Below, in pieces: positions 1 to 8,809 of a stretch of 64,000 bases of DNA (its first letter is position 1; each line of letters begins with the position of its first letter). The notes below the pieces were generated by a model that was not told the origin of the DNA, made no database searches, and worked only from the letters and a program-made list of their open reading frames with translations. The position numbers and the translations under genes were made by a program. This DNA is from Spirochaetia bacterium (lineage in GTDB: Bacteria; Spirochaetota; Spirochaetia; UBA9216): assembly GCA_963677925.2 (NCBI GenBank), contig CAXXYH010000004.1, forward strand, positions 1,984,001-2,048,000. Reading direction: 5' to 3'.

Positions 1-264
1 GTCGAACTGTATATCGATGAACTGATATTAGGTCCGAATAATATCGATCGTTATCGGTTATTCCCTGTAGGAGTCAAGCTGGACAGCCTTATCATTGATA
101 AGGATACGCTTTATGCCGGTTTTACCGAGAACCTGATCACTACGGCGGAGACGGTGCCGATGAGTTTTCAGGGAATTACTGATACCGTTAAAAAGGCCGT
201 GGTTTTTAATTTTCCAGAATTGAAGGAGGTAAAAATAGCGGTAGGCGGTGAACCAATAGAGTAG
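1..264 (+). CDS. GerMN-domain protein, 3' part (runs off the window start)
   Basis: Frame 1 is open from base 1 to TAG at 262-264 (VELYIDELILGP...LFPVGVKL...NFPELKEVKIAVGGE). The ELxxGP and FPx(V/L)xxVxIxVxG pattern matches GerMN. Not in the ORF track because the start lies outside the window. Confidence 0.7.
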   Translation, partial: VELYIDELILGPNNIDRYRLFPVGVKLDSLIIDKDTLYAGFTENLITTAETVPMSFQGITDTVKKAVVFNFPELKEVKIAVGGEPIE

Positions 265-299
265 GTATGTAAGCGCTTGTGCAAAAAAAATAAAAATCG

Positions 300-327
300 T
301 TGACAAACGGCTTACAGTTCGTATAAT
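300..327 (+). promoter_or_regulatory. sigma70-type promoter of flaA with A-rich UP element
   Basis: TTGACA (300-305), 16 bp spacer, TATAAT (322-327); A-tracts at 283-296; AAGGAG RBS before ATG 368. Confidence 0.8.
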
Positions 328-367
328 TTTAAATGACAAAGCAATTAATATGATAAGGAGCAATTAG

Positions 368-1327
368 ATGAAACGTTTCGTAATTCTTCTAAGTATAGCG
401 TTGATAATCGCAGCTTTTCCTGTTTTCGCCGAAGAAACAGTGCTTATAGATTTTGCACAGCTGGCCGGAGACATGGAAGATGGTGAAAATGAAGCTACTT
501 TTATGAATTTCTCAGACAAGGCAGGCGCTGCTTTTACTGAGGAAGAAAAAGAATTCATGAAGACTTCTCTTGCTATTCAGAACTGGGAAGTTGAGCTTGC
601 TTCATCAGCAAAAACAGTAACTAACCAGAGATTTTCATATGTACTTCCTGCACCTGTTAAAGACGGTGCAACAAGATACGGCGGAGAGACCGTTCTTGGT
701 GTAAGAATACATTTTCCGGAAGAACCCTATAACTCATGGGCAATTGTTAGACCTCCATTCGACATTCCTGCTTACGAAAGAGTAGACGAGAATGACCTTG
801 TAGGCGTTAAATACGACAGCTTTGGTGTTGTAAAGAACGTTGGTGTTCTTAAGAGTGTTACAGTTAACATTCTTGGTAAGAACTTTCCTAACGGTTTTGG
901 AATCATCCTTGAAGATCAGAACTACGAGGAAAAGAACATTTTCATGAGTTTTCTTGATTTTGACGGATGGAAAACCATTACATGGAATAACCCCAACTAC
1001 ATTGAGGATGTAAGAGACAGAGAACTCAGAAAAGTACCTCTGTATCCTAATGCAACTCCTCTCTACAAGATTGCCGGTATAGTATTCTATAAAGATGCTG
1101 CACAGACCGGCGGTGACTTTATCAGCTATGTTAAAGATGTAACTCTAACATACGATAAAGCCTTTCTTAATCTTCAGACTGACATTGATGATGAACAGCT
1201 CTGGGGAATTCTTGGAGACAGAGAAGAAGCCAGAAGGAATCTTGAGTATGAAAGACTTGGTAACAAACAGGTTCTCAGATATCTTGAAAGGCAGAAAATG
1301 CATTCTGATGTAGAGACAGAAGAATAA
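368..1327 (+). CDS. flaA: flagellar filament outer layer (sheath) protein FlaA
   Basis: Signal peptide; LIDF, WEVELASSA, VLGVRIHFP, GVVKNVGVLKS, LDFDGW, WNNPNYI and PLYP are spirochete FlaA motifs. Confidence 0.95.
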   Translation: MKRFVILLSIALIIAAFPVFAEETVLIDFAQLAGDMEDGENEATFMNFSDKAGAAFTEEEKEFMKTSLAIQNWEVELASSAKTVTNQRFSYVLPAPVKDGATRYGGETVLGVRIHFPEEPYNSWAIVRPPFDIPAYERVDENDLVGVKYDSFGVVKNVGVLKSVTVNILGKNFPNGFGIILEDQNYEEKNIFMSFLDFDGWKTITWNNPNYIEDVRDRELRKVPLYPNATPLYKIAGIVFYKDAAQTGGDFISYVKDVTLTYDKAFLNLQTDIDDEQLWGILGDREEARRNLEYERLGNKQVLRYLERQKMHSDVETEE

Positions 1328-1343
1328 GAAACAGTTAATATAC

Positions 1344-1369
1344 GGGACTGTCTAAGACAGTCCCTTTTT
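1344..1369 (+). terminator. Rho-independent terminator of flaA
   Basis: GGGACTGTC-TAA-GACAGTCCC followed by TTTTT. Confidence 0.85.
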
Positions 1370-1492
1370 ACTTCAAATAAATGCCTATCGTTTGATCTAT
1401 ATATACCGTTTCTTATTATCTGCATATTGATAAAGAGGCTGACTGAGTTCACTTAGTCAGCCTTAATTTTTATCTGAACAATTACTTTAAGC

Positions 1493-1528
1493 AAAAAAAA
1501 CCAAAGCCTTCTCAAAGCTTTGGTTTTT
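1493..1528 (-). terminator. Rho-independent (probably bidirectional) terminator for the minus-strand gene pair
   Basis: A8-CCAAAGC-N9-GCTTTGG-T5, just past the stop at 1558. Confidence 0.7.
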
Positions 1529-1557
1529 GAAATGCCATATATAACCGGGGCAGTTAA

Positions 1558-2448
1558 TCAGTTGTTAATGTTTTCAAGATCCAGTGAGAAGCCGATTGTT
1601 GCATTAAACAGATAATTTCCGGGAAACTCGCTTGCAAAACTCAGCAGTTCTGAAGTGTCTGCAGTCGAATCGTCTATGCTTCCAAAAGAGTATAGACTGC
1701 TTTCAAGTCCGATAAAAATACCGAGAAATTCGGCCGGCCGTATTGATACATCAGTACCTAGTACTACCGAATTAAGGCTCTGTGATTCTGTTGATTCAAT
1801 TACTCTTACCTTGTTCTGATAACCCAGCTTTAGTTTCATTGTATACGGTACGTTTTTCTGAAAAAGATCAGCAATAAATGCATACTCGGTGAAGTCTTCG
1901 GAAAGACTGCCGTAGGTCTCGTCTATGACATTATAGCTCTTTGTATCTATCTGCAGTGTGCAGATCGCATTATATACATAAAAACCCACACCAAGGCGGT
2001 TTGCCTCCTGTATATAGTCACCGGTAGAAACCAGACGACCTCCGATAGTACTCTGTGTTTCAAATTCTGCAAATGCAATTCCGGGTATGTTGATTTTAAC
2101 AGAAGTACTGATCCCGGATTTAATCAAAGTTTCAGCTGTGTTGAAAATACCGAAAAAAGGTCCGACACTTATACTGAAGAGGTCTTCGTTATAATAGAAA
2201 TTGGTGTATCCGATGTTTCTTATTATTGGATCCCGGTAAAAACCAACTTCCAGACCGGAGTTGTCGCTGGCTTCTCTTTTCCAGTACAGTGAGCCTCCCC
2301 ATGGGAATTCCGTACCTGGAAATTCTGTGCTTGTCATAGGTTCGGCTGTCAGATTATTGTTTCCAATTGTGAAAGTGCCGCCTGTTTCTGTTGCATAAAC
2401 TGAGGCCGATACAAGGATAAGTATCAGACCTGCAAAAACTCTTTTCAT
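1558..2448 (-). CDS. secreted hypothetical protein, probable outer-membrane beta-barrel
   Basis: Signal peptide (SVYA/TE); alternating hydrophobic, aromatic-rich beta-strand pattern; ends ATIGFSLDLE. Confidence 0.55.
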   Translation of the reverse strand: MKRVFAGLILILVSASVYATETGGTFTIGNNNLTAEPMTSTEFPGTEFPWGGSLYWKREASDNSGLEVGFYRDPIIRNIGYTNFYYNEDLFSISVGPFFGIFNTAETLIKSGISTSVKINIPGIAFAEFETQSTIGGRLVSTGDYIQEANRLGVGFYVYNAICTLQIDTKSYNVIDETYGSLSEDFTEYAFIADLFQKNVPYTMKLKLGYQNKVRVIESTESQSLNSVVLGTDVSIRPAEFLGIFIGLESSLYSFGSIDDSTADTSELLSFASEFPGNYLFNATIGFSLDLENINN

Positions 2449-2451
2449 AGA

Positions 2452-3546
2452 TTAAAACCCCGCTTTAACTCCAATGTAGCCTTCAAACATTGAAGACAAA
2501 TCAAATGGAAGTACTGTAGCATTTAATTTAAAATTCCAGATTACACCTGAAGTTACTGCACTGAAATAAGGAGATACTATTGTTTCAAACTGATCTTCAG
2601 ATGCCTGTGCATTATATGACAGTTGGGATGAGATACCTCCGCTTACCGGTGATTCTTCAAGATCTCCTACTGAAAAATCAACCAGAAGATCTATAGAACC
2701 TTCCTCATTTGTTGATGTATGTTTGTAGTAGGCAGGATGCCAGAAAAAGGAAAGGTTGAATCCAAAGATACCGAATCTGAGCCGCGGCTCAAAAAGGAAG
2801 TAGAACAGGTCAATTCCGAGGCTTTCATCAACAGGGGTCCACTCAGGAATACCTACCTGGGCATAAAAACTGCCTGTCTCACTTGCTTTAAAATAGAGCA
2901 GGAGTCCGCCTCTGTATGTACCTGCAGTTCCTGATGGAAAAGTGACACCTGCAAAGGTCTCAAGCTTCAGGTTGCCCAGATTAAATGCTGAACGTATGTC
3001 TGTACCGTAGTATCCATCGCCCATATAGGCATCCTGGTACAGATAGACTGCTGTATAATTCCAGTCTGAACCAAAGGTACTGCTGAAAGATATCCCTGTT
3101 CCGGCAACACTGTGAAGTCCGTTATATACTACACCGTCTCCAAAGGCCATAAAACCGCTTAGACGGGGTTCAATTATTCCGGTTCCAAACATCGTATGGA
3201 AAATATCTCCATTGCAGAAATCATCGATCGTTCCGGTATAGTATGAAGCTGAGAAGGGGAGTCCGAATATCTCGTTAAGCGATACCTCGGCAGCCCTGAA
3301 AACAAGAGGTGCTGAAGTGGTTATATCATCAAAGACTTCGTCATCTATTCCGAATTTCAATTTCCCGCCGAATTTATAGCCGCCGTCAATCGCCATTTCA
3401 AGTGATCCTCTGGTCTGAACCAGCAGTGAGCCTTCTTCGCCATACAGTCGTGAAACAAGCTCCAGTTCCGGAATACTGATGTCTGCAGAGAATAAAGCAG
3501 ATGGGAAAAGTAATGAAATTAAAACCGGAATCAGATATTTTTTCAT
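2452..3546 (-). CDS. secreted hypothetical protein, probable outer-membrane beta-barrel
   Basis: Signal peptide (ALFS/AD); Gly/Phe/Tyr-rich amphipathic strands; C-terminal beta-signal-like YIGVKAGF. Confidence 0.6.
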   Translation of the reverse strand: MKKYLIPVLISLLFPSALFSADISIPELELVSRLYGEEGSLLVQTRGSLEMAIDGGYKFGGKLKFGIDDEVFDDITTSAPLVFRAAEVSLNEIFGLPFSASYYTGTIDDFCNGDIFHTMFGTGIIEPRLSGFMAFGDGVVYNGLHSVAGTGISFSSTFGSDWNYTAVYLYQDAYMGDGYYGTDIRSAFNLGNLKLETFAGVTFPSGTAGTYRGGLLLYFKASETGSFYAQVGIPEWTPVDESLGIDLFYFLFEPRLRFGIFGFNLSFFWHPAYYKHTSTNEEGSIDLLVDFSVGDLEESPVSGGISSQLSYNAQASEDQFETIVSPYFSAVTSGVIWNFKLNATVLPFDLSSMFEGYIGVKAGF

Positions 3547-3686
3547 TTGAAGAAGCTCCTGTAAAAAAATGGCACCTTAATAATACTATACTATGTATAT
3601 CGAAGGTTTTCATACAGAAATTGAGCTTTTAGAGGAAAGAATGGAAGGCTCAGTAATACCTTTTTTCCTCTAGTAAGAAAAAAGTC

Positions 3687-3714
3687 TTGACTTAACACAG
3701 CTTATGGATATCAT
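3687..3714 (+). promoter_or_regulatory. putative sigma70 promoter of the che operon
   Basis: TTGACT (3687-3692), 16 bp, TATCAT (3709-3714), ending 10 bp before ATG 3725. Confidence 0.45.
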
Positions 3715-3724
3715 TAATGTTGAG

Positions 3725-6124
3725 ATGAGTGATTACCTAGATCCCAATAACGAAGAGTTATTAAAGGACTTTTTTCTCGAGGCCGAGCTTCAGGTGGAGA
3801 CTTTTGAGCAGAATATCCTTGTACTGGAGAATGAACTCCAGAATAAGGACGCTGTTGATGAGATCTTCAGAGCAGCGCATACGCTTAAAGGGGCTGCAGG
3901 AACAGTTCAGATGGATGAACTTGCGCACTTTACACATTTGTGTGAAGATGCCCTCGATGAAATAAGAGCAGGAAAACTGGATGTTACACCCGAGGTTGTT
4001 GATACGATGCTCGAGGCTATCGACATTATCAAAGCTATGCTTGAGGAACGGGCAAATGGAAATGTCTATAGTGAAGATACTTCCGAGATTTCGTCCAGGC
4101 TGGAGAGTTATATAGGCGGTTCCTCAGAACCGGCTCCTGCAGCAAAGAAAAAAGCCCCCTCTAAAACCGCCTCAAAAAAGAAGCCTGCTGAAAAAAAAGC
4201 TTCTTCGGACGACGGAAGTCTTACTGAATACGAGCTTCTGGAATTGAAGGAAGAGTGTGAAGCGGGTGAAAACCTTGTTTTTGCTCATATAATATTCAAC
4301 GAAGACAATCCGATGAATACTGTCGGAGGTATTCAGGTATATGCTGCTTTAAATAAGAACGGAAGGGTTTTAAGGTCAAAGCCTGATTTTGATGCCCTCT
4401 ATGAGGATGTATTTCATCCAGAAGCAGATTTTTACCTTGCAACGACCCTGTCTGTTGATGAACTTTCAAAGAAAATTGAAATTCCGGATGTAATCAAGGA
4501 TTCTGAGATAAAAATGATTTTCGAAGATAGCGAAGCCTCCGGAACAGATTCTGCTGATGAATCTGATGAAATGGAGTCAGCAGATATCGAGTCTATTGAT
4601 GAGCCTGTCAACGAGGAAGCTCCGGTTCCGGTTCCACAGGCTGTAAAATCAGCCGAGTCAGCCGAGTCAGACGAGGCTGCCGAAACAGTTACTGAAAGCA
4701 AGGCTGAAAAAGAACTCAAAAAGACGGCTAAAAACAGCGGATCTATTCTGAGAGTCGACTCACGACGAATTGACAACCTCCTTAACCTTGTTTCCGAGAC
4801 TGTTATTACGAAGGCCTCTTTCAATCAGATCAATGCACAGTTTTCTGAGGGGCTTCTTGAATTTCAGGGCTGTCAGTCTGAGTTCCGGGAAAAGCTTAAA
4901 GATCTCTTTGACCGTCTTCCTGATTATCTCCTTGAAATTCAGGGCGGTTCAGATATTAAAACCATACGTAATGAAATAACAGAACGCTATTCCGGTCTGT
5001 TTAGTGTATTTGATTCGCCTGAATCAAGATTCAAAGCAACAGTAGCTAAATTTCAGAACACCTCCCAGAGCCTTGCACGTACCACCAGCGAGCTTCAGGA
5101 AGGGGTAATGCAGATAAGGATGGTTCCCATATCTCAGATTTTTTCACGTTTTCCGCGTCTGGTCAGAGACCTTTCAAGATCCTGTTCCAAAGACATTAAA
5201 CTGATGATTGAAGGTGAGGATACTGAACTTGATAAATCCGTAATAGATGATCTGCTCGATCCGCTCATTCATTGTGTGCGAAACTCTGTTGATCACGGGA
5301 TAGAAACTCCTGCCGAAAGGAAAGAAGCCGGAAAACCGGAAGAGGGTACTATTCTTCTGAAAGCCAGAAATGAAGGCAATATGATAGTTATTGAGATTTC
5401 CGATGACGGAAAGGGCATCGATGTTGAAAGTGTTAGGCAGAAGGCAATCGATCGCGGGCTCATACATCCTTCAAAGAAGCTGTCAGATGTTGAAGCATTC
5501 AATCTGATATTTGAACCCGGATTCTCTACTGCAAAAGCTATAACGAATATTTCAGGCCGCGGTGTCGGGCTTGATGTAGTACGAAAGCAGATTGAAAAAC
5601 TTAACGGAAATGTCAGTGTTTATTCTGAAAAGGGCAGCGGAACAAGCTTTACTGTAAAACTTCCGCTTACCCTGGCTATCATACAGGGTCTGCTTGTTCG
5701 TGTGGGCACTGAAATATACGCCATTCCGATTACTTCAGTTATAGACAGTCATAGAATTAAACCTGAAGAAATAAAGATGATTGATAATTACGAGGTCTTC
5801 AATGTTCGTCAGGATGTTGTTTCTCTTGTCCGTTTGAACCGGCTCTTTAGAATACCTTCCGATGAAGTCCGTGAATATCATTTTGTTGTCATAGTCGGAA
5901 GCGGAGACAAGCGGATGGGGCTCATGGTCGATTCTCTGATCGGAGAAGAAGATGTCGTTATTAAACCATTAAGAGATAAATATACAAATTCACCGGGTAT
6001 TGCCGGTGCTACCATCCTTGGAGATGGTACAGTTTCCCTCATCATTGATGTAAGTCAGCTGCTTGATTTAGGGCTCAGACGTGAAAAAGAAGAGCGAATG
6101 ATGAGAGAAGCCACTATAGGTTGA
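3725..6124 (+). CDS. cheA: chemotaxis histidine kinase CheA
   Basis: Hpt IFRAAHTLKG, dimerisation RVDSRRIDNLLNLV, HATPase N/G boxes (RNSVDHG, DDGKG, GFST, SGRGVGLDVV), C-terminal CheW domain. Start set at MSDYLD; the ORF track begins at 3704. Confidence 0.97.
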   Translation: MSDYLDPNNEELLKDFFLEAELQVETFEQNILVLENELQNKDAVDEIFRAAHTLKGAAGTVQMDELAHFTHLCEDALDEIRAGKLDVTPEVVDTMLEAIDIIKAMLEERANGNVYSEDTSEISSRLESYIGGSSEPAPAAKKKAPSKTASKKKPAEKKASSDDGSLTEYELLELKEECEAGENLVFAHIIFNEDNPMNTVGGIQVYAALNKNGRVLRSKPDFDALYEDVFHPEADFYLATTLSVDELSKKIEIPDVIKDSEIKMIFEDSEASGTDSADESDEMESADIESIDEPVNEEAPVPVPQAVKSAESAESDEAAETVTESKAEKELKKTAKNSGSILRVDSRRIDNLLNLVSETVITKASFNQINAQFSEGLLEFQGCQSEFREKLKDLFDRLPDYLLEIQGGSDIKTIRNEITERYSGLFSVFDSPESRFKATVAKFQNTSQSLARTTSELQEGVMQIRMVPISQIFSRFPRLVRDLSRSCSKDIKLMIEGEDTELDKSVIDDLLDPLIHCVRNSVDHGIETPAERKEAGKPEEGTILLKARNEGNMIVIEISDDGKGIDVESVRQKAIDRGLIHPSKKLSDVEAFNLIFEPGFSTAKAITNISGRGVGLDVVRKQIEKLNGNVSVYSEKGSGTSFTVKLPLTLAIIQGLLVRVGTEIYAIPITSVIDSHRIKPEEIKMIDNYEVFNVRQDVVSLVRLNRLFRIPSDEVREYHFVVIVGSGDKRMGLMVDSLIGEEDVVIKPLRDKYTNSPGIAGATILGDGTVSLIIDVSQLLDLGLRREKEERMMREATIG

Positions 6125-6135
6125 GAAGGAGTAAT

Positions 6136-7476
6136 ATGAGTTCAGATATTTTTGACATACAGGCTCTGGATATTCTTGCCGACTCCGCGCGAGAGGAAAG
6201 CAAGGAAAAGACCGAAAATATTGATTATAAAATGGTAACCTTCTCCTTAGGCGGAAAGGATTATGGAATTGATATCATGAAGGTGAAGGAGATATCCAAG
6301 GCGTCCAAATTCACCTACGTTCCTAATTCCATTCCCTTTGTTAAGGGCGTATACAACCTTCGAGGCGATATTATATCTGTAATTGATTTACGCATAATGT
6401 TTAATCTGCCGGTTCCTGAAAATCATGGCGGAGTTGAGAATATGATAATTCTCAGACTTGAAGACAACACTCTCGGCATAATTGTTGATTCTATCGACAA
6501 GGTTGTAGGGATTTCATCTCAGAGGATTCAGCCTCCGCATCCACTTTTCGGAGATATCAATATTAAGTTTATCAAGGGGATCGTCGAGAACGACAGTAAG
6601 CTTTATATCATACTTGATGTAGAGAGCGTCTTTGATCAGAAAGCGGCGGAAGCTTCACTGAATAATGTTAATACTGTTAAAGCTGTGCAGTCATATAAAG
6701 CTGATTCAGGTACTGATATTCCGAAGGTATCAGCAGGCGTTGATGTTGATTACAGTTTTATAGTTGAAACACTTGAAACCCTTGGGGGATTCACTGTAAG
6801 CAGTATCAATGAGCCATGGGTTAAAAACAGGTTTCAGCAGTGGAAAAAGGAAAGAGCCGATGCTGGATTTGATGTTCAGCTCAACAACGGCAGTGATGCT
6901 GAAAAGTTCCTTGCAGGGTTTAATTCTGCATATACCGGAGTGTTCTGGGAAAGAGATTACATTGAAAATGTTAAGAAATTACTTCCGGATGTTTCCGGCG
7001 GTGTGATGAATGTCTGGAACATCGGGTGCGGAAAGGGTGAGGAGACTTATTCATTTGCGGTTGCATGCCGTGAACGCTATAGTGAAAAGAGGATAAAAAT
7101 ATATGCTCATGATAAGGACCTGCTTAATATTTCAACAGCCCCTAATCTAGTTTTCACCAGAGATGCTGTTCCGGGAATTTATTCTGAATATATTGCTGAC
7201 GGAAAAAACGGCTGGCAGTTCAATTCTGAAATCAAGGATTTGATCCTGTTCGAGTATCATGATGTCACTCATGATAATCAGATGCCGCCAATGGACATTA
7301 TACTTGTACGTGATGTACTTTCCTTTCTAAGCAGGGAAGAACAGGGTAAATTGATTTCTATCTTTGATGAGACACTGAAAACGGGAGGGCTGCTGATAGT
7401 TGGAGCAAATGAAACAATTAGAGGTGATAACTGGGAGCCGGTTAAAGGAAGCACTTCGGCTTACAGGAAAAGATGA
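6136..7476 (+). CDS. cheW: CheW fused to a C-terminal CheR-like domain (Borrelia CheW3 type)
   Basis: N-terminal CheW (YGIDIMKVKEI, GVYNLRGDIISVIDL); C-terminal CheR-like (WNIGCGKGEETYS, DIILVRDVL, GGLLIVG); AAGGAG RBS before ATG 6136. Confidence 0.9.
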   Translation: MSSDIFDIQALDILADSAREESKEKTENIDYKMVTFSLGGKDYGIDIMKVKEISKASKFTYVPNSIPFVKGVYNLRGDIISVIDLRIMFNLPVPENHGGVENMIILRLEDNTLGIIVDSIDKVVGISSQRIQPPHPLFGDINIKFIKGIVENDSKLYIILDVESVFDQKAAEASLNNVNTVKAVQSYKADSGTDIPKVSAGVDVDYSFIVETLETLGGFTVSSINEPWVKNRFQQWKKERADAGFDVQLNNGSDAEKFLAGFNSAYTGVFWERDYIENVKKLLPDVSGGVMNVWNIGCGKGEETYSFAVACRERYSEKRIKIYAHDKDLLNISTAPNLVFTRDAVPGIYSEYIADGKNGWQFNSEIKDLILFEYHDVTHDNQMPPMDIILVRDVLSFLSREEQGKLISIFDETLKTGGLLIVGANETIRGDNWEPVKGSTSAYRKR

Positions 7477-7492
7477 TACAGAGGAGTAACTG

Positions 7493-7954
7493 ATGAGAGT
7501 AGAATATATAAATCCATTTGTTGAGGCAGCATTTAATATTTTGAAGGAAGTTGTCGATTCTGATATTAAGCGCGGTGAATTATTTCTTAAATCAACTTCC
7601 CAGCCTGTTCTTGGTGTGGCTGCGATTGTTGGATTAGCTGGAGATGTAGAAGGTCGCGTGCTTTTTGACATGGCTGAAAATACAGCTCTGGCAATAGCAG
7701 GGCAAATGAATGGTGAGACTTTGACAGAAATGAATGATCTTGCAAAGGCTACTATTACTGAACTTGCTAATATGATTACTGCTCAGGCAGTTACAAAACT
7801 TCATGAACTGGGGTTTACTTTTGATCTGACTCCTCCGGCAATTTTTACCGGTGAGAACATGGAAGTTTCAGATTCCGGTGTTGAAGCCCTGATAGTTCCA
7901 ATTGAACTGAATCAGGGAAAACTTGAGATAAATGTTGCTGTAAGAGAAAGGTAG
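7493..7954 (+). CDS. cheX: CheY-P phosphatase CheX
   Basis: EYINPF, IVGLAGDVEG, TELANMI and DLTPP motifs; lies between cheW and cheY. Confidence 0.95.
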   Translation: MRVEYINPFVEAAFNILKEVVDSDIKRGELFLKSTSQPVLGVAAIVGLAGDVEGRVLFDMAENTALAIAGQMNGETLTEMNDLAKATITELANMITAQAVTKLHELGFTFDLTPPAIFTGENMEVSDSGVEALIVPIELNQGKLEINVAVRER

Positions 7955-7968
7955 CAGGAGATATAGAT

Positions 7969-8403
7969 ATGAAGAATAAACAGGATTTTCCTAATATTAA
8001 CGAACGGACCCCGGATGGACATAAGGATGACGGATCGGCTTTCAAGGTTCTGATTGTTGATGATTCAATGTTTGTAACCAAGCAGATAAGTCAAATTTTG
8101 AGCTCAGAAGGTTTTGAAATTGTAGGTACCGCAACTGACGGGCAGGAAGGTTTTGATAAATATAAAGAACTGTACCCTAATGTTGATATTGTGACCATGG
8201 ATATCACAATGCCTAAAATGGACGGAGTTACTGCTCTTGAAAAGATTATTGAGTTTGACAAGGAAGCTAAGGTCATAATGATCAGCGCTCTTGGAAAGCA
8301 GGACCTTGTCAAGAAATCACTGCTTATCGGAGCAAAGAACTACATTGTTAAACCTCTCGATAGAGCAAAGGTTCTTGAAAGAATACTAATGTCAATTAAA
8401 TAA
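7969..8403 (+). CDS. cheY: chemotaxis response regulator CheY
   Basis: VLIVDDS, TMDITMPKMDG, MISALG, YIVKP; spirochete-type N-terminal extension. Confidence 0.95.
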   Translation: MKNKQDFPNINERTPDGHKDDGSAFKVLIVDDSMFVTKQISQILSSEGFEIVGTATDGQEGFDKYKELYPNVDIVTMDITMPKMDGVTALEKIIEFDKEAKVIMISALGKQDLVKKSLLIGAKNYIVKPLDRAKVLERILMSIK

Positions 8404-8423
8404 TCTGCTGAAACAGAAATTCC

Positions 8424-8456
8424 GCCGTCCCTTGATTTAAGGTGACGGCTTTTTTA
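8424..8456 (+). terminator. terminator of the che operon
   Basis: GCCGTC-CCTTGA..TAAGG-T-GACGGC followed by a T-run. Confidence 0.75.
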
Positions 8457-8471
8457 TTTATTGAAAGCTTA

Positions 8472-8499
8472 TTGACATCTATGCAATTCTTTATATAAT
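8472..8499 (+). promoter_or_regulatory. sigma70 promoter of tRNA-Val
   Basis: TTGACA (8472-8477), 16 bp, TATAAT (8494-8499). Confidence 0.85.
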
Positions 8500-8516
8500 A
8501 GCTGAATACGGAATAG

Positions 8517-8590
8517 GGGCGGCTAGCTCAGTTGGTTAGAGCACTTGCTCGACACGCAAGGGGTCGTTGGTTCGAATCCAATGTCGCCCA
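8517..8590 (+). tRNA. tRNA-Val(GAC), CCA not encoded
   Basis: Acceptor GGGCGGC/GTCGCCC plus discriminator A; D-arm AGCTCAGTTGGTTAGAGC; anticodon arm CTTGC-TCGACAC-GCAAG; T-loop GGTTCGAATCC. Confidence 0.96.
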
Positions 8591-8616
8591 TTCTATTGCC
8601 TGTGATGATAGGGTAG

Positions 8617-8649
8617 AAAACGGTAAGTTACATAACTTACCGTTTTTTT
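8617..8649 (+). terminator. terminator downstream of tRNA-Val
   Basis: AAAACGGTAAGTTA-CA-TAACTTACCGTTTT followed by more T. Confidence 0.85.
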
Positions 8650-8701
8650 ATGCAAATTGGCTTTATTTAAAGCAGGATGATCGGTTGATATTCGGGTATT
8701 A

Positions 8702-8763
8702 TCAAAGCTTTCAGCTGTGAGCCGATAATGGCGCTTGAATTTTATACCCCAATAATCCGATAA
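8702..8763 (+). promoter_or_regulatory. two tandem sigma28(FliA)-like promoters upstream of the cyclase gene
   Basis: TCAA(8702)-N15-GCCGATAA(8721-8728) and TGAA(8736)-N16-TCCGATAA(8756-8763), against the consensus TAAA-N15-GCCGATAA. Confidence 0.5.
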
Positions 8764-8809
8764 TTAAATAAGTATGTTCATAAAAGTAATGAAAAGGCTG
8801 TTTAAATAA

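Noticed and set aside
58-363. 101-aa minus-strand ORF in the ORF track
   Set aside because: Shadow of the plus-strand GerMN-like frame (1-264) and the flaA promoter; no recognisable motifs.
4651-4677. 9-bp tandem repeat AGCCGAGTC in cheA
   Set aside because: In-frame low-complexity linker (AES AES), as expected in CheA.
6136-7476. CheW-CheR-like fusion as a novelty
   Set aside because: Known spirochete architecture (Borrelia CheW3 type).
8532-8720. 62-aa ORF
   Set aside because: Overlaps the tRNA-Val gene and its terminator.
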